A DNA stretch of 37,846 bases from a virus (lineage: Duplodnaviria; Caudoviricetes), in the IMG/VR virus record IMGVR_UViG_3300028586_000049, positions 1-37,846 of that record; one strand, given 5' to 3'. The position numbers were made by a program, and so were the translations under genes. A model generated the notes under the pieces. That model was given only the letters and a program-made list of their open reading frames with translations, did no database searches and was not told the origin of the DNA. Below are positions 8,170 through 17,219 of the stretch, piece after piece. How positions within the stretch are numbered: the first letter of the stretch is position 1; every line of letters starts with the position of its first letter.

Positions 8170-8493
8170 ATGCGCACTATGCCCGACAAGCCAGACACCT
8201 GGGCCAAGCTCTGGATGGCCCTTTCGAATCCACTATGGCAGGGCGCGATCATGGCAATCATCGTCTCTCTACTGCGCATCCTTTACGACGCAAAAGAAAC
8301 CAGCAAACGCCGGATCTTCTTTGAAGCGTTGATCTGTGGTGCGCTCAGCCTCGTGGCTTCGAGCCTGATCGAGTGGATGGCCTGGCCGCCCAGCCTTTCA
8401 GTCGCTGCCGGTGGAACGATCGGCTTCCTCGGCGTCACTGCCATTCGCGAGTTGGTCACGCGGTTCATTGGCCGGAAGGTGGACATCACATGA
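8170..8493 (+). CDS. Lambda-family (class I) holin with dual start M-R-T-M
   Basis: MPDKPDTW..., three TM segments, EALICG, IGFLG, basic C-terminus; ATGs at 8170 and 8179. Confidence 0.9.
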   Translation: MRTMPDKPDTWAKLWMALSNPLWQGAIMAIIVSLLRILYDAKETSKRRIFFEALICGALSLVASSLIEWMAWPPSLSVAAGGTIGFLGVTAIRELVTRFIGRKVDIT

Positions 8494-8867
8494 AGGCTAT
8501 CGCCGCTGCAATCATCATCGGCCTGGTGGGCTTACTGCTCGTCGGTATCCAGCAATACCGCATTGTTGCCCTCAGTGGCGCCATGCAGCTGGAGACGAAG
8601 AGCAAGAATGACGCTATCGCCGCCAATACCGAAAGCCAGGCAACCATCACCACGCTGCGGGCAGAAGCCCAGCGCAATGCGGCCTATCTGAAGGATCTAA
8701 ATCAACGGATCAAGGCCAGCGAAGACAAAGCCAAACAGGCGAGGAAAGACTTTGAAGACCTCAAGCGCAACAGCAAGCCGGTTCGTGATTGGGCTTCTCA
8801 GCCTTTGCCTGACGGCCTGCGCGGCAAGGCCAGTGGTGGTAACAAAAACGTCGGCCGTTCGAATTGA
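8490..8867 (+). CDS. Rz: i-spanin (Rz/LysB-like), set 1
   Basis: N-terminal TM, coiled coil, C-terminal VRDWASQPLPDGL. Confidence 0.85.
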   Translation: MKAIAAAIIIGLVGLLLVGIQQYRIVALSGAMQLETKSKNDAIAANTESQATITTLRAEAQRNAAYLKDLNQRIKASEDKAKQARKDFEDLKRNSKPVRDWASQPLPDGLRGKASGGNKNVGRSN

Positions 8868-9024
8868 ACCCCCTGAGCTGATCCCTTGTGAGCGCATCAA
8901 TGCTGATGAAGCTGATCTGCGGCTGAATGGTGATGTGTGGGAGCTGAAAGATCAGGCCATCAAACTGCTGGATACCTGCGCTGATCAAGTCGACGCGCAG
9001 ATCCAGCGCAGTCAGAGCAAATAG
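8752..9024 (+). CDS. Rz1: o-spanin lipoprotein (Rz1/LysC-like), set 1
   Basis: TTG start after GAGGA; signal peptide with lipobox LTAC; overlaps the Rz 3' end; PPELIPC...NGD...C. Confidence 0.85.
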   Translation: MKTSSATASRFVIGLLSLCLTACAARPVVVTKTSAVRIEPPELIPCERINADEADLRLNGDVWELKDQAIKLLDTCADQVDAQIQRSQSK

Positions 9025-9027
9025 CCA

Positions 9028-9222
9028 ATGCCCACCGAACAAGAAGCTGCCCTTGCCCGCTTGCTTGGAAAGGTGTGGAACGCCTACCTAGCGCTGCCTG
9101 TTGAGCATCCAATGGATCAGCAGGAGTTCTGCACAGCCATCCATCGGTGCCAAGACATGGTGCTTGCTCGAAGCGGTCGACGTGAACTGAACGGCAAAGG
9201 AGCAGAGGACGATGGCCTGTAG
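9028..9222 (+). CDS. Small helical hypothetical protein (64 aa)
   Basis: Tight packing in the operon; WN..L.LP.EHP.D..EF..AIH.CQ pattern looks like a real phage family. Confidence 0.7.
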   Translation: MPTEQEAALARLLGKVWNAYLALPVEHPMDQQEFCTAIHRCQDMVLARSGRRELNGKGAEDDGL

Positions 9223-9397
9223 TGGATGCGCCGCACGGCGTGACTGGATCAAGAAGTGGAGCAAGGTGGCACATGAACGAGCACAGCAACTCATTGCTAA
9301 GCCAGATCCTGGCCGAGCAGATGAAGCAGACCCAGCTGCTGCAGAGCCAGACCGATCTGCTGCAGCGGATGGCAGAGCAACAGCTGACCCTGATTGA
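9212..9397 (+). CDS. Hypothetical protein with N-terminal CxxC
   Basis: GAGGA before ATG; MACSGCAARR; overlaps the next ORF. Confidence 0.45.
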   Translation: MACSGCAARRDWIKKWSKVAHERAQQLIAKPDPGRADEADPAAAEPDRSAAADGRATADPD

Positions 9398-9485
9398 CGC
9401 CCTTGCAGACAGCGAGCCGGAAGACCCGGACGCCGAACCCACGCACTACATGGACGGCACGCTGATCCCAGGTCGTAGCTTATGA
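9273..9485 (+). CDS. Hypothetical Gln-rich/acidic phage protein
   Basis: AAGGTGG before ATG; C-terminal YMDGT; ATGA-coupled to HNH. Confidence 0.7.
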   Translation: MNEHSNSLLSQILAEQMKQTQLLQSQTDLLQRMAEQQLTLIDALADSEPEDPDAEPTHYMDGTLIPGRSL

Positions 9486-9820
9486 CACTGAAAGCTATCA
9501 AACCTAGGTTGAAAGAGATTCAGGGTCGGCAGCTCAAGTCGGTGAACTCCGACTCATGGCGAACGGGCAAGACCACAGCAGCTCAGCGTGGGTACGACTC
9601 AAAGTGGCAGAGGGCTCGCCTGATGCACCTCAACGCACACCCCCTGTGCGTCTACTGCGAGCGCAACGGAAGGGTGGCAGCTGCTACGGTGGTGGACCAC
9701 GTAATCGCCCACAAAGGCGATATGGCGCTGTTCTGGGATCGGTCAAATTGGATGTCTCTTTGCACCACTTGCCACTCATCCGTTAAGCAAGCCGAAGAGG
9801 CTAAGTCAAGAAGTTATTAG
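9482..9820 (+). CDS. Terminase-associated HNH endonuclease (HK97 gp74-like)
   Basis: PLCVYC...VVDHVIAHKGD...FWD..NW.SLC..CH; just upstream of terS. Confidence 0.92.
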   Translation: MTLKAIKPRLKEIQGRQLKSVNSDSWRTGKTTAAQRGYDSKWQRARLMHLNAHPLCVYCERNGRVAAATVVDHVIAHKGDMALFWDRSNWMSLCTTCHSSVKQAEEAKSRSY

Positions 9821-10016
9821 TACCATTCGTCGGTCGGAGGCTGCTGGCGGACGCTCTGTCCAATTGGGAATTATTCCTATCCATATCGGCACTGTTTTGG
9901 TGCGTCTCCAAATCCCTCGAACAGGGGGGGGTATCAAAACGTCGGGAAACATTTTGCTAAAGACCACTCACCCTCCCATCGAGAGATTTAATTCCCCTTA
10001 ACAGGATCCGTTAACT
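9821..10016. other. Probable cos region
   Basis: Non-coding gap between HNH and terS with a G8 run at 9924-9931; usual cos position in HNH-type cos phages; cut site not identifiable. Confidence 0.5.
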
Positions 10017-10457
10017 ATGGCGTTAACCGAACAAAAGCGCCGGTACGCCGAAGCGCGGCTGTCCGGTGAAGGCAAAAAGCAGGCAGCTATAAGCGCTGGT
10101 TGCCCTGTAAAGACTGCATCTCAAGCTGCATCAAGGCTCGAAAAAGATCCCGAGGTCCAGGCAGCGATGGGACGGGCAACCGTTGTTAAGTCCGCGCCGA
10201 AGGTCGAGTTACCCACGGGTGACCCCGACCCCTATATCCCCCAAGCAGCAGACGACCCGCTCGTATTCTTCAAATCGATGATGAACGATCTGGTAGCCCA
10301 TCCGAAGCTGCGCTTGGAGGCCGCCAAAGCCTTAGCCTCATTCACGGTGCCAAAGCCTGGAGAGTCGGGCAAGAAAGAACAAAAAGCAGATGCCGCCCAG
10401 CGGGTTGCATCCGGCAGGTTCAAAACCAGCGCGCCACCCCTTCGATCGGTGAAATAA
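10017..10457 (+). CDS. terS: Terminase small subunit
   Basis: LTEQKRRY...AAISAG...ASQAASRL; abuts terL. Confidence 0.9.
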   Translation: MALTEQKRRYAEARLSGEGKKQAAISAGCPVKTASQAASRLEKDPEVQAAMGRATVVKSAPKVELPTGDPDPYIPQAADDPLVFFKSMMNDLVAHPKLRLEAAKALASFTVPKPGESGKKEQKADAAQRVASGRFKTSAPPLRSVK

Positions 10458-12134
10458 ATGGAATGGTCCACGGCCTGCCTGGATTGGGAAAGGCGGATCG
10501 TGGCGGGCGAGTCCCTGATTCCGTTTTCTCCCCTCTATCCGAGCGAAGCCGAAGCGGCGCTGGATATCTTCAAATCGTTACGAGTTGTCGACGTACCTGG
10601 TCAACCGTCGTTTGGTGAGTGTTGCGAGCCTTGGGTGTTCGACTTTGTGGCTGCCATCTTTGGTGCCTACGACGCCGAGACCGGCAATCAAAAGATTCGA
10701 GAGTTCTTCCTGCTGATCAGCAAGAAGAACGCGAAGTCCACGATCGCTGCAGGGATCATGGTGACCGCCCTGGTGCTGAACTGGCGGGACAACGAAGAGC
10801 TGCTGATTCTGGCTCCGACGATTGAGGTCGCGCAAAACAGCTACAAACCCGCCGCTGCGATGGTGCGTGCCGATGAGGAGCTCAGTGAGTTACTGCATGT
10901 TCAGGACCATATTCGGACCATCACTCATAGGGTGACGAAAGCCGCGCTAAAGGTGGTTGCCGCTGACTCCGACACAGTGTCGGGTAAGAAGTCCGGGAAA
11001 ATTTTAATTGATGAACTCTGGGTTTTCGGGAAGCGGCCGAACGCGGACGCGATGTTGATGGAGGCGACCGGAGGCCAGGTCTCGCGTGACGAAGGCTGGG
11101 TCATCTTCCTTTCCACCCAAAGCGACGAGCCTCCAGCCGGAGTGTTTAAAGAGAAGGTCGACTACTTCAGAAACGTCCGAGACGGACTGGTGGTCGACAA
11201 CAAATCTTTGGGTGTGATTTACGAATACCCCAAGGCTATGATCGAATCAGGGGCTCACCTGAAACCGGAGAACTTTCACGTTCCCAACCCGAACATGGGA
11301 AGGTCGGTCAGTCGAGAGTGGCTGGAAGATCAGATCCGTAAAACGTTGGATAAGGATGCTGGAGCCAGAAACAAGTTTCTCGCCAAGCACCTCAACGTCC
11401 AGATCGGGTTGGCACTTCGAAATGATCGCTGGGCGGGCGCAGACTTTTGGCTTGCAGCAGCCGAGCCGGGGCTCACACTAGATAGTCTGATTGAGAAGTC
11501 AGAAGTGATCGTAGTCGGCATCGACGGCGGCGGGCTTGATGACTTGCTCGGGTTGAGCCTAATAGGTCGCGAAATCGGCACTCGGCGCTGGCTGCACTGG
11601 GCACATGCTTGGGCGCACAAAATAGTGCTTGAGCGCCGCAAGGACATCGCGCCCGCGCTGTTGGATTTCGAGCGGCAAGGCAACCTGACCATTGTTGATA
11701 AGCCAGGTGATGACGTTCAGCAGGTCGCTGATGTGATCTGTCGCATCAACGATCTTCAACTACTACCGCCTGAGCATGCCATCGGCGCCGATGCCGCAGG
11801 TATTGGCGATATCGTCAACGAACTTCAGGCCCCTGGGCGGGGAATCGTTGAAGAGCAAATAAACGCGGTATCCCAAGGCTGGAAACTCAACGGCGCAATC
11901 AAGACCACTGAGCGGAAGATCGCAGGAGGCGAAATGGTTCATTGCGGCACGCCCCTAATGAACTGGTGTGTAGGCAATGCCCGGGTTGTAGCGGTCGGCA
12001 ACGCCGTGACGATCAACAAACAGGTGAGCGGCTCGGCAAAGATTGACCCGCTGATGGCGACGTTCGATGCCGTAACCATGATGGCGCTCAACCCTGAGCC
12101 GATGAAAAAGAGATTTCAGATGTTTTTCGTGTAG
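10458..12134 (+). CDS. terL: Terminase large subunit
   Basis: ISKKNAKST Walker A, ILIDE Walker B, GIDGG and KIDPLMA nuclease motifs. Confidence 0.96.
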   Translation: MEWSTACLDWERRIVAGESLIPFSPLYPSEAEAALDIFKSLRVVDVPGQPSFGECCEPWVFDFVAAIFGAYDAETGNQKIREFFLLISKKNAKSTIAAGIMVTALVLNWRDNEELLILAPTIEVAQNSYKPAAAMVRADEELSELLHVQDHIRTITHRVTKAALKVVAADSDTVSGKKSGKILIDELWVFGKRPNADAMLMEATGGQVSRDEGWVIFLSTQSDEPPAGVFKEKVDYFRNVRDGLVVDNKSLGVIYEYPKAMIESGAHLKPENFHVPNPNMGRSVSREWLEDQIRKTLDKDAGARNKFLAKHLNVQIGLALRNDRWAGADFWLAAAEPGLTLDSLIEKSEVIVVGIDGGGLDDLLGLSLIGREIGTRRWLHWAHAWAHKIVLERRKDIAPALLDFERQGNLTIVDKPGDDVQQVADVICRINDLQLLPPEHAIGADAAGIGDIVNELQAPGRGIVEEQINAVSQGWKLNGAIKTTERKIAGGEMVHCGTPLMNWCVGNARVVAVGNAVTINKQVSGSAKIDPLMATFDAVTMMALNPEPMKKRFQMFFV

Positions 12135-12151
12135 CCCATGGCTACGTAACC

Positions 12152-12173
12152 AACCCGCCTTGAGCGGGTTTTT
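12152..12173 (+). terminator. Intrinsic terminator after terL
   Basis: AACCCGC-CTTGA-GCGGGTT-TTT. Confidence 0.8.
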
Positions 12174-12193
12174 GCTTTTCTGGGATACCGAAA

Positions 12194-14155
12194 ATGAACA
12201 GAGCCTACAGCGTCCTTGAGATCAAGGCGGTAGATGAAGAAGCCAGGATCATCACGGGCATAGCCACCACCCCGGCCACAGACCGGATGGACGACGTGGT
12301 CGAGCCAAAAGGTGCGCAATTCAAGCTGCCGATCCCATTCCTCTGGCAGCACCGCCATGACGCCCCGGTGGGCAATGTCACAAAAGCTGTTGTAACCGCA
12401 AAGGGGATCGAAGTCACCGTTCAACTGGCGAAGATCGACGAGCCAGGCACCCTCAAAGACAGGCTCGATGAGGCCTGGCAATCGATCAAAGCTGGGCTGG
12501 TTCGAGGCTTGTCTATAGGTTTTTCGCCCATCGAGTCGGCAAACATCGACGGAAGTTGGGGCCGACGCTTCCTTAAGTGGGAGTGGCTTGAGCTTTCGGC
12601 CGTTACGGTCGCCGCAAATGCCGAGGCGACCATTCAGACCATCAAGTCAATCGACTTGAAGCAGCGGGCCGCGTCTGGCCACTCGGTGCTTCCTGTCGTG
12701 CATCTCGCTACACCCGCCGGCGCTTCGGCACCCGTTATCAAAACTTTCGAAATACCGAAGCCCGAGGAGGGCAACATGAACATTCAGGAACAAATCAAAT
12801 CTTTCGAGTCCTCGCGAGCCGCCAAGGCCGCTCGCCTCGAAGAAATCATGTCCAACGCTGCCGACGAAGGTCGTACGCTGGATGCTGCTGAGTCGGAGGA
12901 GTACGACAACCTTGAAGGTGAACTCAAATCGGTGGACAGCCACCTGGGTCGCCTGCGTGGGCTCGAGAAGTCCATGGTTTCCAAGGCTAAGCCCGTCGAG
13001 CCGAACCGCGTGAACAGCATTCAGAAAGGGAATGAGTTCCGTGATAACGCTGTCATTCGTGTGGAGCGCTCGCTGCCTAAAGGCACCGCGTTTACCCGCT
13101 ACGCGATTGCGCTGGCTCGCTCCAAGGGCAACCTGATGCAAGCGCAGGAGATCGCAAAGAGCTGGGAAGACTCCACGCCTGAAGTACTCACTGTTCTGAA
13201 AGCAGCGGTAGCGGCAGGCACCACCACTGACCCTGCCTGGGCAGCTCCACTGGTCGAATACCAGAACATGTCCAGTGAGTTCATAGAATTGCTGCGCCCT
13301 CAGACCATTCTCGGCAAAATTCAGGGCCTGCGACTGGTCCCCTTCAACATCAAAATGCCGGGCCAAACCTCTGGTTCCAGCGTTGGCTGGGTGGGTGAAG
13401 GCAAGCCAAAGCCGGTGTCGGCTCTGGCATTTGACACCACCACTCTGCGCTTCACCAAAGCCGCCGGTATCGTGGTGCTGACCGACGAACTGGTGCGCTT
13501 CAGCAACCCAAGCGCAGAGGCATTGGTGCAGACCGATCTGACTGCGTCGATGGCCGAGTTCCTGGACGTCGCGTTTGTTGACCCGGCAATTGCCGCGGTA
13601 GCCGATGTCTCGCCGGCCTCGATCACCAACGGCATTACGCCGATTGTTGCGAGCGGCACCACCGCCGAAGCTTTGAAAGCAGACGTGAAGCGCCTTTTCG
13701 CCAGCTTCCTGGCTGCCAACATGACCCCGGCTGGCGCTGTGTGGATCATGACTCCAACCATGGCGCTCACGATCAGCATGATGACGAATGCCCTCGGCCA
13801 GTCCGAATTCCCGGGCATCGACATGAATGGCGGCACCTTCATGGGGCTGCCGGTTGTTGTGTCGGAGAGCGTGCCTTCTAACCCAGGTACAGGCAATCCG
13901 GCCACCGGTGCAGGGCAGCGCCTGATTCTCGCTAAAGCCTCAGAGATTCTGCTCGCTGACGACGGCGGCGTGACCATCGACGTGAGCCGCGAAGCCTCCC
14001 TGCAGATGGACAGCGCGCCAGGCACTGGCTCTCAGGAGCTGGTCAGCCTCTGGCAGAACAACATGGTGGCTTTGCGCGCCGAGCGCTTTATCAACTGGAA
14101 GCGCCGTCGTCCATCGGCAGTCGGTTATATCGACTCGGCCAACTACGAATCCTGA
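12194..14155 (+). CDS. HK97-type prohead protease (S78) fused to major capsid protein
   Basis: N-terminal LWQH...GLSIGF...ELSAVTVAAN; C-terminal HK97-fold capsid motifs (WVGEG, GLPVVVS, N.VALRAER). Confidence 0.93.
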   Translation: MNRAYSVLEIKAVDEEARIITGIATTPATDRMDDVVEPKGAQFKLPIPFLWQHRHDAPVGNVTKAVVTAKGIEVTVQLAKIDEPGTLKDRLDEAWQSIKAGLVRGLSIGFSPIESANIDGSWGRRFLKWEWLELSAVTVAANAEATIQTIKSIDLKQRAASGHSVLPVVHLATPAGASAPVIKTFEIPKPEEGNMNIQEQIKSFESSRAAKAARLEEIMSNAADEGRTLDAAESEEYDNLEGELKSVDSHLGRLRGLEKSMVSKAKPVEPNRVNSIQKGNEFRDNAVIRVERSLPKGTAFTRYAIALARSKGNLMQAQEIAKSWEDSTPEVLTVLKAAVAAGTTTDPAWAAPLVEYQNMSSEFIELLRPQTILGKIQGLRLVPFNIKMPGQTSGSSVGWVGEGKPKPVSALAFDTTTLRFTKAAGIVVLTDELVRFSNPSAEALVQTDLTASMAEFLDVAFVDPAIAAVADVSPASITNGITPIVASGTTAEALKADVKRLFASFLAANMTPAGAVWIMTPTMALTISMMTNALGQSEFPGIDMNGGTFMGLPVVVSESVPSNPGTGNPATGAGQRLILAKASEILLADDGGVTIDVSREASLQMDSAPGTGSQELVSLWQNNMVALRAERFINWKRRRPSAVGYIDSANYES

Positions 14156-14208
14156 GAACGGCGGGCCGGGGATTGCCCCGGCTTACCGCAAGGAAAGGAG
14201 GTATCAAA

Positions 14209-14421
14209 GTGAGAATGGTAGCGCTGAAGGAATTTCGGTACGCCGGTAAGCAGCTTGCTGCAGGCGATTCGTTCGAAGCGGTAGAGAAAGATGTGAAGGT
14301 GCTTCGCGCGATAAAAAACGCGCGAATGGACACCGAAGATTTTCTGCCGGCCGATTCGACTGAGGAAACATCCGGGTCGAAAAAGCGAGTCTACAAACGC
14401 CGGGACATGACGGCAGAATAA
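14209..14421 (+). CDS. Small head-associated hypothetical protein
   Basis: AAGGAGG before GTG; C-terminal YKRRDMTAE. Confidence 0.7.
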   Translation: MRMVALKEFRYAGKQLAAGDSFEAVEKDVKVLRAIKNARMDTEDFLPADSTEETSGSKKRVYKRRDMTAE

Positions 14422-14435
14422 AACGTGGAGCCGCG

Positions 14436-15809
14436 ATGAAATTTTTAACATTTGGCCGTGGCACAGAGGAAAAGTCGCTTCGGCCGGCTGATAATCGCGG
14501 CGGTTGGATCGGCGTTGTGCGAGAGGCATTCGCCGGTGCCTGGCAGAAGAATGTCGAGATCAATCAGGATACGGTTCTTGCCTTCTCTGCGGTATTTGCA
14601 TGCATCACGTTGATCGCATCGGATATCGCGAAACTCAGGCTCAAGCTGGTCCAACTGACTGATGAGCGGATATGGGAAGAGACCACAAGCCCCTCGTTTT
14701 CCCCGGTGATCAAAAGACCCAATCATTTTCAAAACCGAATCCAGTTTTTTGAAACATGGTTTTTGTCCAAGCTCACGCAGGGCAATACCTACGCGATGAA
14801 ACTGCGCGACGGGCGCGGCGTGGTGATCAAACTGTACGTACTGGATCCGCGCAGGGTGACGCCGCTTGTGGCTGATGATGGCAGCGTTTACTACCGCTTG
14901 CTCGCGGACAATCTTTCGACGCTTGAAGATGGGGTGGTGGTACCGGCCAGTGAGATCATTCACGATCGGATGAACTGTCTTTTTCATCCTCTGGTGGGCG
15001 TGTCACCCATCTATGCCTGTGGCCTCGCTGCCATGCAGGGCAATGCTATTCAAAACAACTCCGCGAACTTCTTCCGTAATGGGTCCAAGCCGGGTGGAGT
15101 GCTTACTGCCCCTGGTGCTATCGCAGACGACACTGCGAAGCGACTGAAAGAGCACTGGGACAACAATTTTTCTGGAGAAAACGCCGGACGGGTAGCGGTC
15201 CTCGGTGACAACCTGAAATATGAGGCCATGGCGATCTCTGCCGCTGACTCACAGCTGATCGAGCAGTTGCGCTGGTCGGCTGAGACGGTTTGCTCGGCAT
15301 TTCACGTGCCTGGATACAAAGTCGGTGTTGGCGCTCAGCCAAACAACACCAGTGCAGAGATATCCAACCAGATTTACTACTCTGACTGCCTTCAATCGCT
15401 GATCGAGGCGGCGGAGCTTTGCTTGGATGAGGGGCTTGAGCTGCCAGCTCCGTATGGAACTGAGTTCGATCTCGACGGCCTTTTGCGTATGGACACGGCG
15501 ACCCTCTACAAAGCAAACAACGACGCCGTCGGCGGCGGATGGATGAAGCCAAACGAAGCTAGGCGTAGAGCAGGTCTGGCACCAGTGGAGGGCGGTGACT
15601 CGCCCCTGGCGCAGCAGCAGAATTACTCTCTAGCAGCGCTGGCCAAGCGCGATTCGAAGGCCGATCCGTTCGGGAAAGCCCCCGATGCTGCTGCCCCGGC
15701 GGCTTCCGTCTCGGCACCACCGGCCCCGGAGTCTGACGATGATCTCGCTGACCAGGCGCGGATGCTCGCGCTACTGATAGAGAAGGAATTAACCATTGAA
15801 CCTTCGTGA
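14436..15809 (+). CDS. Portal protein, HK97 family
   Basis: AVFACITLIASDIAKL, GNTY, EIIH, GVSPI, FFRNGSKPGGVL, PNEAR. Confidence 0.95.
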   Translation: MKFLTFGRGTEEKSLRPADNRGGWIGVVREAFAGAWQKNVEINQDTVLAFSAVFACITLIASDIAKLRLKLVQLTDERIWEETTSPSFSPVIKRPNHFQNRIQFFETWFLSKLTQGNTYAMKLRDGRGVVIKLYVLDPRRVTPLVADDGSVYYRLLADNLSTLEDGVVVPASEIIHDRMNCLFHPLVGVSPIYACGLAAMQGNAIQNNSANFFRNGSKPGGVLTAPGAIADDTAKRLKEHWDNNFSGENAGRVAVLGDNLKYEAMAISAADSQLIEQLRWSAETVCSAFHVPGYKVGVGAQPNNTSAEISNQIYYSDCLQSLIEAAELCLDEGLELPAPYGTEFDLDGLLRMDTATLYKANNDAVGGGWMKPNEARRRAGLAPVEGGDSPLAQQQNYSLAALAKRDSKADPFGKAPDAAAPAASVSAPPAPESDDDLADQARMLALLIEKELTIEPS

Positions 15810-16899
15810 ACTGGAAGCCCAGGCGAAAGCGTTCGCCCCAATGCTTAAAGGTGTTGTTGATCGGGCCATTAGTGCGTTTCGAGACTCGCTGGCGAAGGAT
15901 CTGGACGACCGTGATCAACGGTTGCGCGCCGATGTCTTGCAGTCGCTGGAGGGGCTGTCCACTGATGTTGATGAGATCGCCAGAGCAGCCGCTGCTCTGA
16001 TCACTCCGCCAGAGAATGGTAAGGACGCCGATCTGGAACAGATTCATCGGACCATTGTAGAGGAGGTAGCCAAGCTTCCCGTTCCAGCTGACGGAACTTC
16101 GGTGACGATTGATGACGTGCTACCTCTGATCGAGGACCAAGTGAAAACTGCCGTGGCCTTGATGCCGGTACCCAAGGACGGCAAAGACGCTGATCTGGAA
16201 CAGATTCATCGGACCATTGCCGAGGAGGTGGGAAAAATCCCCAAGCCGGCGGATGGCGTATCCGTCACTGCCCAAGATGTTCTGCCTCTAATTGAGGAGC
16301 AGGTGAGTGCCGCTGTTGCCGCGATACCCGTGCCAAAAGATGGTGAGAGCGTCTCCATTGAGCAAGTGCAGCTGCTGGTTGACAACGCTGTAGCATCAGC
16401 CTTGGCTGCTATCGATCCTCCAAAGGCAGGCGAACCTGGGCGCGACGCAGCGCAGATAGAAATCGGTCCGGTCATCGATCCTAAAAAAAGCTATCCGCGC
16501 GGCTCATATGCCAAGCACTTGGGCGGTCTATGGCGAAGCTTCGAGGCCACGTCAGGCATGAGGGGGTGGGAATGCATTGTTGATGGCGTTGCCAGCCTTA
16601 CCGTTGAGCAGGATGGTGAGCGAGGCTTCAAGGCTGTTGCTCAACTTTCCAGCGGCAAGACAGAAGAGAAAGCGCTTACGCTACCGGTCATGATTTACCG
16701 CGGAGTATTCACCGGTGCTTCTCACACACCAGGCGATACCGTCACGTGGGCAGGCAGTCTCTGGCACTGCGATGAGCCCACCAGCGACAAGCCCGGTGAG
16801 CTAAACAGCAAAGGTTGGCGACTGGCCGTCAAAAAGGGCCGAGACGGCAAGGATGGCAATCACGGCAAAGACCTGGTCAAAGGGGTATCCATCAAATGA
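15796..16899 (+). CDS. Head-region protein with internal 54-aa repeats
   Basis: TTG start after AAGGA; P.P.DG repeats; C-terminal GDTVTWAGSLWHC and GRDGKDG. Confidence 0.8.
   Translation: MNLRELEAQAKAFAPMLKGVVDRAISAFRDSLAKDLDDRDQRLRADVLQSLEGLSTDVDEIARAAAALITPPENGKDADLEQIHRTIVEEVAKLPVPADGTSVTIDDVLPLIEDQVKTAVALMPVPKDGKDADLEQIHRTIAEEVGKIPKPADGVSVTAQDVLPLIEEQVSAAVAAIPVPKDGESVSIEQVQLLVDNAVASALAAIDPPKAGEPGRDAAQIEIGPVIDPKKSYPRGSYAKHLGGLWRSFEATSGMRGWECIVDGVASLTVEQDGERGFKAVAQLSSGKTEEKALTLPVMIYRGVFTGASHTPGDTVTWAGSLWHCDEPTSDKPGELNSKGWRLAVKKGRDGKDGNHGKDLVKGVSIK
16030..16219 (+). repeat. Intragenic duplication, 162-bp period
   Basis: GATCTGGAACAGATTCATCGGACCATTG identical at 16030 and 16192. Confidence 0.9.
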
Positions 16900-17219
16900 T
16901 GTTCATCACTCTGGAAGAGGCGAAAGACCACCTTCGTGTTGATGATGATGCTGAAGACAACGACATCGAGTTGAAGACGCACGCTGCCAGCGGTGCAGTT
17001 CGCAACTACCTGAAGTCGGCAGCGGATATCTACCTTGATGCGGGAGGCTCAGTCATTGCAGCTGCAGTACCTTACGAGGTCAAAGCCGCAACCATGCTTA
17101 TGCTTGGATATCTGTACAAAGACCGCGACGAAAATTCGAACGGTGCTTTCGAGCAGGGCAACCTGCCGAAACCTGTGACCGCTCTGCTTTACTCGCTGCG
17201 CATGCCGGCGCTCGCATGA
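16896..17219 (+). CDS. Head-tail connector (HK97 gp6-like)
   Basis: ITLEEAKDHLRVD...A.ML.LGYLY.DR. Confidence 0.9.
   Translation: MMFITLEEAKDHLRVDDDAEDNDIELKTHAASGAVRNYLKSAADIYLDAGGSVIAAAVPYEVKAATMLMLGYLYKDRDENSNGAFEQGNLPKPVTALLYSLRMPALA

Noticed and set aside
7469-8170. tRNA genes after Q
   Set aside because: No cloverleaf or T-loop GTTCRA motif seen in this common tRNA slot
12647-14025. Long antisense ORFs over the capsid gene (and similar ones over tail genes)
   Set aside because: Shadow frames expected from GC-rich codon bias; no SD or recognisable motifs
14166-14183. Hairpin after the capsid gene as an intrinsic terminator
   Set aside because: GCCGGGG-ATTG-CCCCGGC stem lacks a U tract; more likely an mRNA-stabilising hairpin
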